From contig NIVC01000446.1 in assembly GCA_002269645.1 (NCBI GenBank), positions 496,001-560,000 of the forward strand: a DNA stretch of 64,000 bases, read 5' to 3'. A model generated the notes under the pieces. That model worked only from the letters and a program-made list of their open reading frames with translations, did not search any database and was not told the origin of the DNA. Shown here in pieces: positions 12,684 to 26,400 of the stretch. This DNA is from Macrostomum lignano (lineage: Eukaryota). The position numbers and the translations under genes were made by a program. Each line of letters opens with the position of its first letter. Within the stretch, counting starts at the first letter, position 1.

Positions 12684-14082
12684 CTGCAGATAAGTTAAGT
12701 AAGTCAAGACAGCCTGTCTGTGGTCAACACACAGAAGACCATCGTGCTCTGCGAGCCAGACGACATCAAGGCCGACACTTTCTGGTTCCCGACGTTCGCG
12801 AAGAGCTGGCCTGCCTGAGCTGCTTATCGTTCCGTAAAGGCAGTCCCGCAGTCCGAGGCAGTACCCAACTGCCAGAGGGCGGCGTTGTGATCCAGGCTTT
12901 TATGTGCCCTGCATCTGCGCATAGAAGGTCATCTAGTTGAAGCAACTTTGGTAAAAGCGATATCTGCATGGCTACATCAGCAGAGTTCACGACAGAATAA
13001 AATTTCAAGGCATAGCGCCACAGGGTTCCCGCCCTGCAATTATTATTATCAAGCATGCCAGTCTTGCATCTCGACTCGGATGAACTTTCATCACTTTGAC
13101 GATATTAACTGGTTTGACCAGATTCGGTTTGGTCTTCAATGATGCGTAACCCGCCGCAATGAAAATTCAACCTACTTTCGTAGCTTTTCTACCCCCAGCT
13201 AACCTGGCGCTCGACCAACTTTTAAAAATAACAAACAAGACGGTTTTCTTTCGTCAGAAAGGACAGCAAGTTATAATGTAGTTGAGCTGTGCAAAGCACT
13301 GAGATGGTTTTATAGCCTATACTGAGTGCAGTGCAATTCAAGCAATAGCCTGGGGGCATTTCAGCGTCTTTTTTAGCCTACACGAATCTCTCGAGGCTTT
13401 TAGAAGAAAATACACTCGTCGAGCGGTTTAAATGCATATACGAGCGTAGAGTGGGCAAGGCGTATCGCCGAATGAAGCCAGCTCCATTGTATTCCTACGG
13501 GCATCGGCTATTCAATTGTATGCGGCATACAAACAGCGACTATAGCTCTATAGCTCGCGTCAGGTGGATTTACTGTAGCCTAGTCTAAATGGACCATCTT
13601 AGCGAATTGCTTTTGGGACTTGATTGTTCAAGACTTTGGTGCGTAAAAGAAATGCGGCTGACAATAATAACAGTTGTATTATGTAAACACCCTTCTCGCT
13701 CGACAGAGGCAGATGCAAGCCCTAATAGTGGGAGTACATAGCCATGGCTAGTTTTTGTGTTTTGCAAGCTCTTATGCGTCCTAAAGCGTTTATTGTCCAA
13801 AATTTTACTACCCACACTGCTTGGTTTTGCTCACTGCCACTTTAAAAAGTATAAGCTTAAAACTGGTACCAATGATACTGAAATGTGTAGAATTGATTGT
13901 TATTCTACATTTTACCTAGCCTCTAAAACAAATATTCACATAAGCATTTTCAGCAATTATTATTCACAATAAGTTTTTTGATTAGAAAAACAATATAAGT
14001 TTTGCATTCGATATTGAGTATGTCTAAGCAATTAAATTGTTAATTCTCTTTGGAGCGTGCATGGTTTATGTGATATGTCTAT

Positions 14083-14742
14083 GGCTACTCCTCTAACCGG
14101 ATCATGCAGAATTGGTTATGTCTATGGCTAATTCTCTACCCAGAGAGTGCAGAATCGGTTATGTCTATAGCTAATTCTCACCGTAGCGTGTAGGATTGGT
14201 TACGTCTAAGGCTAATCCTCTACCCGGATCATGCAGAATTGGTTATGTCTATGGCTAATTTTCTACCCAGAGAGTGCAGAATCGATAATGTCTATGGCTA
14301 ATTCTCGCCGTAGGGTGTAGAGTTGGTTATGTCTATGGCTGATTCTCCCCGTAGCGTGCTGAGTTGGTTATGCCTATGGCTAATCCTCTACCCGTTGCGT
14401 GCAGGATTGGTTATGTCTATGACTAATCCTCTACCCGTAGCGTGCAGGATCGGTTACGTCTATGGCTAATCCTCTACCCGGAGCGGACATGATCGGTTAC
14501 GTCTACGGCTAATCCTCTACCTGGATAATGCAGAATTGGTTATGTCTATGGCTAATTCTCTACCCAGAGAGTGCAGAATCGATAATGTCTATGGATGGCT
14601 AATCCTCTACCCGTAGTGTGTAGAATTGGTTGCCTATGACTAATGTCCACCCGTAGCGTGTAGAATTGGTTGCCTATGACTAATGTCCACCCGTAGCGTG
14701 TAGAATTGCTTATGCTGATTCTACCCGGAGTCTGCAGGATTA
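14083..14742. repeat. Degenerate ~41-43-bp minisatellite
   Basis: Recurrent gtctatggctaattctctaccc...gcagaattggttat, ~15 copies. Confidence 0.9.
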
Positions 14743-15864
14743 TTTTTAAAGAGAGTTGCCACCATAAATATTGACCAATGACCAGTGTCGTTAAATTACG
14801 AATATAAGAACCAAGAAACAGGTTAACAGTTAAAGAAACATATATTTAAGATTTAACAAACTCATAAAGCCACCACATGCTGAAATAGGTAGCCAACACT
14901 GCACACGGCAGAGTACAAATATAACAAGAGCATATATTTTTCTTATCGAAGTAACAGATCTGATCGGGAAGTGCACTCAGACACGCTTTAGTTGCTAGAA
15001 AGAAAAGTACATTGCTTCGCGACTTGTTTTGGCGATATTAAAAATAACTACCTTACGATCCATCACACACTGGTTTAAATAAACGAGCCTAAAATTTGTC
15101 TTACATTACATTTTTTCTCTTGACGAGCATAAAAATGTAATTAAAATTAGAACAAGATTACTTAAGAGTAGTTAACTGAGTTTTCGGGGCCTAAAACAAC
15201 TCGTACCTTAAACCTTGCAATTTCAAGAACAAATTAAAAAGATATATTTTACCATAGCAGAAAAAATAGAAAGTTTTACTCTGAAATGCCCAACTCATAC
15301 ATTAGTTATAAGTTTATAAGACTCAAAGAAATTAATAATAATAGCGGCACCCAAAACTTTTTACTCAGCAATATTTTGTTATAAATTTGCAATGCAAATT
15401 TTTGACTAATAGTTCGTTTGTTTGCTTAACGAACGAGTAGTAAATAAGTAAAAATTATTTACTTAACAAGCAAGCAATAGTACAATTAACTAAAGTAAAA
15501 GCCAGCAAAATTTCTTATATAAGTAACCTTTGTTAAAGTCTGGGACGAAAATTGTCCCTTGAATAGTCTTGACAGTCTTGACAGGCTTAAAAGGGAAGAA
15601 AAAACATACTAATGGCAACATAATAATGTTAAAGAATGTGATTTGTGTTTTGTGTGACAAATATCAGCATAACTGAATACGCCACGCGCAATTAAAGATG
15701 TGAAAAAAGCAGCGCGTTTACTTTTTTTAGTAGTTTGTTTGCGCAGTGTCACTTAAATTTAATCTGGCAGCTAAAATTTCCTTTCCTTCCTCTGGGGTTT
15801 GTGACCTCAGGAGAATATGAGATTAAGAACGACAAGCATATAACTTGATGTGCACAAGTGAACG

Positions 15865-16075
15865 CCTAGGGGGCAGGCCCAATCTAGCTCAGCCAATGAG
15901 AGAGCAGTAAGGAGAGAGACCAAAGTCAGACGGACGAAACTCAGCCTAGGGGCGGGCCCAATCTGGCTCAGCCTATGAGAGAGCAGTGAGGAGAGAGACC
16001 AAAGTCAGACGGACGAAACTCAGCCTAGAGGACAGGCCCAATCTGGCTCAGCCTATGAGAGAGCAGTGAGGATAG
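15865..16075. repeat. ~79-bp tandem repeat, ~2.7 copies
   Basis: gcctagggg...gcccaatct(a/g)gctcagcc..tgagagagcagt.aggagagagaccaaagtcagacggacgaaactca starting at ~15865, ~15944 and ~16023. Confidence 0.9.
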
Positions 16076-16408
16076 AAGTCGACACCAGCGCGGGCAGAGC
16101 CAGGAAAGCCAGAGGCGATTGGTGCAGATTCAACGGGTGACAAATCCAGCTATCCTAGTATCTGTGAATAATACTTAACATTGTTATCATTAATATTATT
16201 GTTATTAGCAGGCGAGCTTGAAAATCAGCTCTGCGACTTTTTTGCTTCATAAATAAAACCTCTGCTCTACATTTGCTTGTTAGCCACAGTGACTTGCAGC
16301 ATTAGTTCAGAAAAAGGGATGCATACTGATAAATGGAATGCGGACACAGGGATTACTCGCGCATCCGTAGCAGCGGGGAAAGGGGTGCCGTAGATCCTTC
16401 TATCCGCG

Positions 16409-16723
16409 TCAGTCCTCTTCCATTCTGTGCGAGGAAGCTCCGCTGCCGCCGCCGCCGCTGCCAGACCCGTCACCGCCGCTTCGGTCGCGACTTCGCGACG
16501 CAGTCGACCCGGCGGTGCCGCCGGACGGCAACACTGAAGCGGCGGCAATTCTGCGGCGTAGATTCCGACGCGGCGGCGGCGGCGTCTGCACAGCGACGGA
16601 TGATCGACGCGTGCTGGCGCCGCTGACAGTAGCGGCAGCGGCCGGGGCGCGCCGGTCGGCAAACGACTGTGTGGAGGTGTCCTCACCGGAGAGGCGCTTG
16701 CGGCACACTGGACAGGTGCCGTG
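16409..16723 (-). CDS. RNF115/RNF126: RNF115/RNF126-like E3 ligase, last coding exon (HGTCPVCRK...MEED*)
   Basis: Acceptor ctctgtag|CAC (phase 0) completes the RING-H2 CPVC. Stop TGA at 16409. Confidence 0.9.
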   Translation of the reverse strand, partial: HGTCPVCRKRLSGEDTSTQSFADRRAPAAAATVSGASTRRSSVAVQTPPPPRRNLRRRIAAASVLPSGGTAGSTASRSRDRSGGDGSGSGGGGSGASSHRMEED

Positions 16724-17026
16724 CTACAGAGTTGAGAATCGGATTTCAAATAAAAGCAAAAATTCGCCAACTTTATACTACTACTGTTGCTGCTGTGTGC
16801 AGTAGTATTTTAGAGAAAGATAATCTAAATTTACTTAAAAAGCAACTTTGTTTTAATTGATTATTTCGAAGACTTGCTTGTCGAAATTAAGGATAATTAA
16901 AGAATTAAACCATGGTTTTGTTTATTCGCAACCTATGGCCATCATTTTATCGCTCGATAATTTCTCCTTGCAGACAAATAATCAAGCAGAAAAGCTATAA
17001 GTGGCTATAAATCAATTTAAGCAAAC

Positions 17027-17615
17027 CTTCTCCAGCCATGGCCGAATACAGTTGTGATGAAAGCAGTGCTGGCAGGGCAGCTGGTCAACATAGCAGCCTA
17101 GTAAAAATTCGTCGAAGCACACGGAGCACTGCAGCTTGTCCGACTGCTGCTGTTCAGTGACGGCCACTGACTGGATTCGGCGCATATCGTCAGGCGTAGC
17201 CGGAGGCGGCCCGCCGCCATCGAGCTGGTTCATCAGCTGCGTGACCACATTGTCCAGACTTTCAACGCCTAGTGCGTAATTGTCTAAATCGCCAACAATG
17301 CCAAACACCTGCTGGAACAGGCTCTGGATGAGCTGGTCCAACTCGCCCTGCCCAACTACACTGGCGCTGGCACCGCCTGAAGCACCGCCGCCGGTCGCTC
17401 CGCCGCCAGATCGGCTTAGTCGCAGTCTGTACACCTCGCTGCCGGCGCCAGCTGACGAGCTGGAAGCTCCGGCGGCACCGCTGTCAGACACTTCGGTGCC
17501 CGCGCGGTCAGACGAGGCGCTAGAGAATAGTGAATAAGCGTAGGGATGATGACGCTGGTGATGATGCCGACCGCTCGAGGAGCCCGACGACTGGTCGAAT
17601 ACTAACGACGGGAAA
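17027..17615 (-). CDS. RNF115/RNF126: RNF115/RNF126-like E3 ligase, coding exon 3 (LDNVVTQLMNQLDGGGPPPA + RING-H2)
   Basis: CSVCFDEF...LPCQHCFHHNCIRPWLEK. Acceptor ttgcttcag|T (phase 2), donor AAG|gtttgc (phase 0). Confidence 0.92.
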
Positions 17616-18761
17616 CTGAAGCAAATGGTATCACGGCACAGAATGCTAAATCCCGAATTTTGAGAAAAATTTCTTGCACAAGAATTACATTCTATCCTAG
17701 TAGCTACTCTCATTGTGAAGAAAAGAATCAAGTTAGAGCAGAATGGAACTTTGCAAACTATATCTTTCAAACTTTTGATTGGCGCCTAAACGCCAGGGTT
17801 ATGACACTCAGCAGCCAAATGCTAACTAGCTCTGTACGCATGCAGGGAGGAAGACCGAACACCTATACTAGCGCATATGCTTTGGGCCATAGACAAACCG
17901 AATGGTAAGTATGAATTTTACAGTCATGGTCTCAAATCCAGGTTTCTAAGTTTTCATGTTTTTGGAGAGGGGGAGCTATCTTAGGTTTTTTGAGGCTACG
18001 GACACCCTGTAGAGTATCATCGAGTATACAGGTAACTTGCTGGGTAGACTAACAACTTCTGCCTCAACTAATCTCATCCCAATACTAAAATCAATGGAGT
18101 CACATACTTTCATTCTATCATTTTCACAAAGTTATATGTCATCATGACGCATCAACTAATTTTGGCATCCTGTCCTGAATTCGAACCTCTGATCGGATAC
18201 CAAGTTGGCATCCTGTTTTTTTCTAACCTGGATGCATTTAAATAGTTCCATATTTTCTATAACTCATTTTGTTTAAAATACCTATACTGAAATAATTACT
18301 GGGATTTAAAGGCTTCTATTAACTGTTAAATTTGAGTAATCTGTAGGTGATAGACTCGGCAGTGTAAAATATATTGCAGATATGTTGAGGTTTTCAATTT
18401 GGCTGAATTTCCTGAATTTGATGGACCTAGGACGTCGAAATGGCACTGCGATTCTAGAGGCAACTTCAACGTACATACAGAGTGCTTTTTTATAAATTTG
18501 GTTCAAAACTCATAGGTCTTAACATGACGCTTTAATATCACTGGGGGGGGGGGTACTGGACTCCGCAATAATCTCCATATCAAAAAGCAGCTGCCCCTTT
18601 GCCCTCCGACTCTGTCACGCGGTGTCTGACACCACGGAATTACTAATAGTAGTGCTTCCTGACTCAGTCGTAATAAAATGTAAAAAAAACATGATTTTCC
18701 AATGATAATATCTAAAACTCGATGCCTTCTATGGCATCATGAAAAGAGACAGGATACTTAC

Positions 18762-18817
18762 TGCTGTTCATTTAGCTCCTCCAGGAAGTCTGACCTGCAG
18801 TCTCTGCACACGAGGCC
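18762..18817 (-). CDS. RNF115/RNF126: RNF115/RNF126-like coding exon 2 (GLVCRDCRSDFLEELNEQ), second half of N-terminal zinc ribbon
   Basis: tttcag|GGC...CAG CA|gtaagt. Phase 0 to 2 fits both neighbours. CxxC...FLEEL matches the family N-terminal zinc finger. Confidence 0.85.
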
Positions 18818-19019
18818 CTGAAATTGGCGATCCAAGTGAAATATCAATTTAAGTATGAGCCTACATTTAAAAACAAAAAAACATAAACTAACTGGAATGC
18901 ACTTTTGAATACAACAGAAAATTTCATATTAGCTTTCTTAAATTCTACTTAATATGTACATATTTTATCATAGCATATAATTGCTAATTGCATTGTTTTT
19001 TTACTCAAAGCAAAATATT

Positions 19020-19760
19020 ATTGCTAAGATGCCAAGGCTCATTGGGGCGATTGCTGAGATGCAAAGGTTCATTGGGGCGATTGCTGAGATGTCAAGGCTC
19101 ATGAGGGAATTGCTGAGATGTCAAGGCTCATTGGGGCGATTGCTGAGATGTCAAGGCTCATGAGGGAATTGCTGAGATGTCAAGGCTTATGGAGGGATTG
19201 CTGAGATGTCAAGGCTCATGAGGGATTGCTGGGATGTCAAGGCTCATGGGGGAATTGCTGGGATGTCAAGGCTCATGGGGGAATTGCTGGGATGTCAAGG
19301 CTCATGGGGGAATTGCTGGGATGTCAAGGCTCATGGGGGAATTGCTGGGATGTCAAGGCTCATGAGGGAATTGCTGAGATGTCAAGGCTCATTGGGGCGA
19401 TTGCTGAGATGTCAAGGCTCATGAGGGATTGCTGGGATGTCAAGGCTCATGGGGGAATTGCTGGGATGTCAAGGCTCATGGGGGAATTGCTGGGATGTCA
19501 AGGCTCATCGGGGAATTGCTGAGATGCCAAGGCTTATGTAGGGATTGCTGGGATGTCAAGACTCATCGGGGAATTGCTGAGATGCCAAGGCTTATGTAGG
19601 GATTGCTGGGATGTCAAGGCTCATCGGGGAATTGCTGAGATGCCAAGGCTTATGGAGGGATTGGTGGGATGTCAAGGCTCATGGGGGAATTGCTGAGATA
19701 TTAGACTCATGGGGGAATTGCTGAGATATTAGACTCATGGGGGAATCGCTAAGATATGAC
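19020..19760. repeat. 28-29-bp minisatellite in RNF intron 1
   Basis: GGCTCATGGGGGAATTGCTGGGATGTCAA and variants, ~25 copies. Confidence 0.95.
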
Positions 19761-20742
19761 TCATGGGTAGATTTACTAAACTGCTGTGGCTCAGGGGGAT
19801 TGCTTAGATGCCAATGGTCGATTAGGAGTTGTTGATAGACCTAGAATCAAAGGGAGAGTTAGGGAAGGTGAAGCCATGGCTTAAAGGTATCAAAGTTCAA
19901 ATGAGGTCCTGATATCTTAGGCTAGATAGCTGCTAGCTTTTAGGGCTAATGCTTTTTACTTTAACTATTATTTTCCTTAAAAAAACTAATAAAAGTGAGT
20001 ATACAAAGTATAAAGCTACATGTAGTTTATCTAAACATTTTTCTGTCTACAACAAAGGAGAGGCAAATATTATTAGAAATATTCTATTGGCAACACACAC
20101 ATGTAAGCCGCTATTGGATGGAATAGTAGTCACGTGACTGCTTTCAAGTCTTAGCCAATAGCAACTTACATGTATGCCAGGGTCAGGATTGTGTACCACT
20201 ATATGTCGGAACGAAAATTGCTTTTATAGCTTATGTATGCCAATGTACACTCCAACAAACTTTTTATTGCATACAAAAATATGCCAAAATAAAAATACAA
20301 GTTATGATCAATATTAATTAGCTTGCAAAGTTTTAATATTAAAAAATTATTATGTTAAAGGAGGAAATTTTTTACTAAACTATATAAAACTAGTTCATTT
20401 TTACTATTTTTGTTTTACTTTTAACTACTTGGAAAAGTTAAATCTGGGTTTTTAAATTAGTTTGAATCTGTTTTTTTCACAAGGGGCTGGCGGGCTGTTC
20501 TTTCTGATCAAAATTTAGCCATTGTACATGGAGACTATGCCAAATGTAAACTTAATCATTTTTGTATGCTGATAGATTGTATAGATTGATGGGGACTTAG
20601 AACTTTTGGTCCTACTCATACATGCACAACCTTCAAAATTTGGTCAGCCATGCAACTTAGTTTTAACAAAAATGCGACGTAGTTTTTGGCCAAAAATGAG
20701 ACTTACATGTAAAAAACCCTAAAGCAAAATTAACGCAACTTT

Positions 20743-20805
20743 GGGTAAACGGCAGGAGTAACTATGACTGTCTTATTAAGTCAAAATGCCTCATCAGCTA
20801 CTTAG
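20743..20805 (+). pseudogene. 63-bp fragment of 28S rRNA (domain IV, R2/I-PpoI target region)
   Basis: Colinear with the conserved eukaryotic LSU sequence as recalled (GGGTAAACGGCGGGAGTAACTATGACTCTCTTAAGGTAGCCAAATGCCTCGTCATCTAATTAG): 31/33, then 0/6, then 20/24 matches. Confidence 0.8.
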
Positions 20806-22044
20806 CACTACTACTTGGGTATTTTTTTGGATGGGCATTTTTGCGACTTCTTTGGTTGGCCGCCAAATTAGTCGGCTGGATCAGCCGACTCGGCCGACTG
20901 TTGCGCATGTATGGTCCTACTGCTATCTTGGCAATCTCTATATGCCAAGCTATATAGCAAGAAGGCATGCCAGGCCCCTTTGTATGACAAGTTGTACACA
21001 AATGGTGTACTCTAGGTCCCTCTATACACTAGAATTTTCTGGCATAAATGTACCATCGGGAGTCTAGCATGTATGTGTTGCCAATATAAATGGCCAAATG
21101 ATTCCCAAGGTTGCACATGTATGTTTGATAAATATTGATAATTACTGAATTTTAGCTAGAAAAAATCTTATAAATAACCAAAATGGCAATAGGCTATAAT
21201 GTTATTATTATAAATATAAATTACATATATATAGGCCTAGGTTATAGTATTGGCCTTATAAAATTACCATATCTTAGGCCTATCTTAGACTTGTCTAAGC
21301 CAATAGACTATGGCTATTTATGGTTTATAATACAACTTATTATAATAACCATAGTCTGGATCATACTGGGTGCACACTGGAACAAAAATTCAATAATTAC
21401 AAATACATGCCAAAAAATATAGTGCAAGCCCATTCTCAAAAATATGCCGGTGTTGCAACAATAAATGACCTTTTTTACGTTGTGACAATAAAATTAAAAT
21501 ACCTTTTTTGAATTGTGCAATAGACCCATTACCAGATAATTTGGTTGCTTTTTATGTTTTTTTAGTGATACTTTAACTAGTGGAAAATTTACACAAGAAA
21601 AGATTTATTTAAATAATATTTTATAAGCTTCAAAAACCGGAAAGCTAGAAATTTGCACTTAAAAAATTTTTAAATCTTTTTTCTACTTTACAATAACTTT
21701 TACGCATGATTCTATAAAGTGAATGCCAGGTATGCACAATGCACATATACTATTTTTTCAAGAATGATACATGCCAACTGTGCATGCCTAATTTTGGCGT
21801 GCAAGGCCAATGCACGCCTGAATTTTTGGGCATAAACTACATGATCTGGAGTTTGGCATAATAACTTAGTTAAATATATAAGCCTACTTATAATATATAA
21901 AGCTAAAAATTGATTAAAAAACTATGCAATTATAATCTAAAAAGTTTTAATAACCAAATTGTTTAAATATTTAACATCAATAAAATTAACAACATTTATT
22001 GTTCATTAGTAATTTAGTATTAATTAAAAAATCCATTAACTTAC

Positions 22045-22110
22045 ATCAGCACAATGTTCAATTTTGCTTTGCTGCTTGGCATCTTGGCAGCTATGACAAT
22101 AGTAAGACAT
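22045..22110 (-). CDS. RNF115/RNF126: RNF115/RNF126-like coding exon 1 (MSYYCHSCQDAKQQSKIEHCAD)
   Basis: ATG at 22110, YYCHSC zinc-ribbon half, donor GAT|gtaagt (phase 0). The four exons total 1026 nt, giving 341 aa. Confidence 0.85.
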
Positions 22111-23421
22111 TGAAATAGGTCTACTAGCTAGGCCAGGTAACAGATAGCTAGGTGTTGAATAAAAATTATGTTGGATTGAGTAACTGGTTTTTATATTTAC
22201 TTTCAATGCTTAAACATAGAAACAGGTGCTAGTAAGGGCCTATTATATCAGAATTCACTATTAGTTATCTTCATCTTCCAGCTTAATCAAATCAAGTTAA
22301 TCAACTACCAAATAAACTGCTAAGTGCTAGCTAGGCCTAGGTAATTAAGGACAGTTTGCTGTCAATTTGGATACCTTAACTGTATCAAGTCAAAATCGAA
22401 AATTGGTCAACTGGTAGTGGTAGGGCCTAATGTAATTTAATACAACTGCATAGGCTACACCTGCATTATTGGGAAAATTTAGCGATACACTGTAAGTAGC
22501 CTAAATAATTAAAACCTGATTTTAACTTTCAGTGCCTTATGGCTAAGTTAAGATGGCCTATGGCAAGATATTCTAATGTATGACCAATGTAAGTCCCTTA
22601 TTTCGCCCAGTTCGACTAAATTTTGGTTTCCGGGAAAAAGACTTCAAACGTCTTCAACGCTAGTTATAACTCTCATTTTACGATGACGATTTGAGAAGCG
22701 AGGACATGCCTACAGATAGAGATAATACACTAGTAAATTATTTAAACACGAATAAGTCATCATGATTCAATCAATTGCCATCACTTGAAATTATCAGCAA
22801 ACCTAGCTGCGTTACCACTTACCTGCCAACCAGCAATCCCAACCATAGCACGCATCTAAAATGTCAAATCATTTACATGTGCATGTACAAATTCAATCGA
22901 TAAGGACGAGCATTTATTTGAAGTGAAGTTCTCTACTCACATGCAATAGCTGTCAGTTTTTATTGATATTGCTATAGCGATTCGATCATGCTTACATTTG
23001 ATTATGTCTGTAGATACATGTACATGTATAAGCGCGTAATTCGATTTCTATATCTTTATACTTTTTACTTGTTATCTTCTCAAATATTAAATCCAGTTGC
23101 TTGCCCTCACGCTACATTAGAGTCGGCAAACACCGGTCGGCGGGCTACATCTGCAAAAACACTGTGGGTGCAGTCAGTGCAGTCAGTGACTGTGAAAATT
23201 TATTTAGCGATGGATTTACAGCTTTACAGCGATGGAGACATTAACGAAGAGACACTTAGCGATGGATCGGAGACAATATAGAGATTGAGGCATTAGCGGT
23301 GGAGACATTATAGCGATGTGGACAGTTAGCATCGGACAATGGATCGAGACAGTTACATGTAGCAGTGGAGAAGTACCTAGAACGTACATGTATAGCCAGA
23401 AACTTAAGTTTATAGAAGCAA

Positions 23422-26400
23422 CTAGCAATCTTCGCCCCCCGTTGGGGGACTTGGGGTACATCTGTATAGAATCTCTGTTCTCTACAAGTAACAAAAAGAT
23501 AGCCAAATAAAGCCTTCACAAAGAAAACACAAAATACTCAAATGAAGTGCAATGCAAAAAGAAATCATCCCAAGACAGCAAGCATCCCCCAGATAGCAAG
23601 CATTCCCCAAATTGCAAGCATCCCCAGATAGCAAGCATCCCCCAAATAGTAAACATCCCCCAGATAGCAAGCATCCACCGGACAATAAGTAGCTAGTGCG
23701 ACAATTTCCTTAGCTCTATAGTGGCTCCTTTAAAATTCGCTTACTTTTACGTTTGAAATTGTCTATCTTTTATGTTTGACATAGTGGCTCTTTAATGTTT
23801 AACATGGTGGCTCTTTTATGCTGATATGGTGGCTCTTTAATGTTTGACATGGTGGCTCTTTTATGTTGACATGGTGGCTCTTTTATGTTGACATGGTGGC
23901 TCTTTTATGTTGACATGGTGGCTCTTTTATGTTTGATACGGTGGCTTTTCAATGTCTGACATGGTGGCTGTTCTATGTTTGACGTTGTGGCTCTTCTATG
24001 TTTGACATTGTGGCTCTTCTATGTTTGACATGGTGGCTCTTAAATATTAGACATGGTGGCTCTTACATGTTTGACATGGTGGCTCTTTTGTGTTCGACAT
24101 GGTGGCTCTTTTTTGTTTAACATGGTGGCTCTTTAATATTCTACATGGTGGCTCCTTAATAGTCTACATGGTGGCTCTTTAATGTTTGACATGGTGGCTC
24201 TTTAATGTTCGAAATGGTGGCTCTTTTATGTTTGACAAAAAGTCACATATATGTTTGACCTGGTGGCTCCTAAATGTTTGACATGGTGGCTCTTAAATGT
24301 TTACCATGGTGGCTCTTTAATGTTCGACATGGTGGCTCTTTTATGTTCGACATGGTAGCTCTTTTTTGTTCTACATGGTAACTCTTTTATGTTTAATACG
24401 GTGGCTTTTTAATATCTGACATGGTGGCTCTTTTATGTTTGACATGGTGGCTCTTCTATGTTTGACATGGTGGCTCTTTTATTGTTTGACATGGTGGCTC
24501 ATTAATGTTTTACATAGTGGCTCTTTTATGTTTGACATGGTGGCTCTTAAATGTTTGACATGGTGCTCTTTTATGTTTGCATGGTGGCTCTTTAATGTTT
24601 GACATGGTATAGCTCTTTTATGTTAGACATGGTGGTTCTTTATGTGTGACATGGTGGCTTTTTAATGTACGACATAATGGCTCTTTAATGTTTGACAATG
24701 TGGCTCTTTAATGTTTTACATGGTCGCTCTTTTATGTTCGACATAATGGCTCTTTTTTGTTTAACATGGTGGCTCCTTAAAATTCTACATGGTGGCTCTT
24801 TAATGTTCTTTATGGTGGCTCTTTAATATTCTACATGGTGGCTCTTTTATGTTTGACATGGTGGCTCTTTCTTTTTGACATGGTGGCTCTTTATTGTTTG
24901 ACATAGTGGCTTTTTAATGTTCTACATGATGGCTCTTTAATGTTTGACATGGTGGCTCTTTAATGTTTGACATGGTGGCTCCTTAAAGTTAGACATGGTG
25001 GCTCTTTAATGTTCGAAATGGTGGCTCTGTAATGTTAGACATGGTGGCTCTTTAATGTTGACCTGGTGGCACTTTACTGTCTGCAATGATGGCTCTTTAA
25101 TGTTTGACTTGATGGCTCTTTAATGTCTGACATGGAGTCACGTATATGTTGGACATTGTGGCTCTTTAATGTTTGACATGGTGGTTCTTTAATGTTTGAC
25201 ATGGTGGCTCTTTAATGTTTGACATGGTGGCTCTTTAATGTTCGACATGGTGGCTCTTTAATGTTCGACATGGTGGCTCTTTAATGTTTGACATGGTGGT
25301 CCTTTTATTTTTGACACGGCGGCTCTTTAATGTTTGACATGGTGGTCCTTTTATTTTTGACATGGCGGCTCTTTTATGTTTGACATGATGGCTCCTTAAT
25401 TTTTGACATGGAATCACATATATGTTGGACTTGGTGGCTCTTTAATGTTCGACATGGTGGCTCTTTAATGTTTGACATGGTGGCTCTTTAATGTTCGACA
25501 TGGTGGCTCTTTAATGTTTGACATAAAGTCACATATATGTTTGACATGGTGGCACTTAAATGTTTGACATGGTGGCTCTTTAATATTTTACATGGTAGCT
25601 CTTTTATGTTCGACATGGTGGCTCTTTAATATTCTACATGGTGGCTCTTAAATGTTTGACATGGTGGCTCCTAAATTTTTGACATGGTGGCTCGTTATGT
25701 TTGACATGGTGGCTCTTTATGTTCGACATGGTGGCTCTTTATGTTTGACATGGTGGCTCTTTAATGTTTGACATGGTGGATCTTTTTTGTTCTACATGGT
25801 AACTCTTCTATGTTTGATACGGTGGCTTTTTAATGTCTGACATGTTGGCTTTTTATGTTTGACATGGTGGCTCTTTAATGTTCGACAAAGTGGCTCTTTA
25901 ATGTTTGACATGGTGGCTCTTAAATGTTTGACATGGTGGCTCTTTAATGTTCGAAATGGTGGCTCTTTTATGTTCGACATGGTGGCTCTTAAATGTTTGA
26001 CGTGGCGGCTCTTTAATGTTCGAAATGGTGGCTCTTTTATGTTCGACCTGGTGGCTCTTAAATGTTTGACATGGCGGCTCTTTAATGTTCGAAATGGTGG
26101 CTCTTTTATGTTTGACATGGTGGCTCTTTTATGTTTGACATGGTAACTCTTATGTTCGATATGTTGGCTCTTCTATGCTTGAAATTGCGCTTCTTTGATG
26201 TTTAGCAGTTTTGTTGTGTTTTTCAGGTTTTAATAAAAAAAATCTTTTTGTACTACTAAGATTCGAACCCAGGTTGCTACATTAGCATTCCAGTCTGTTC
26301 GCATCAGGGCTATCTCTTTTCAATTGGAGAACATGAATTGTGGCCCATATAATTCAATTCTTACAGCAAGTCGGTTAGAGTAAAAAGTTATGACATAATC

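Noticed and set aside
15930-16030. Hammerhead ribozyme in the 79-bp repeat (GGACGAAAC)
   Set aside because: No upstream CUGANGA core or stem II partner.
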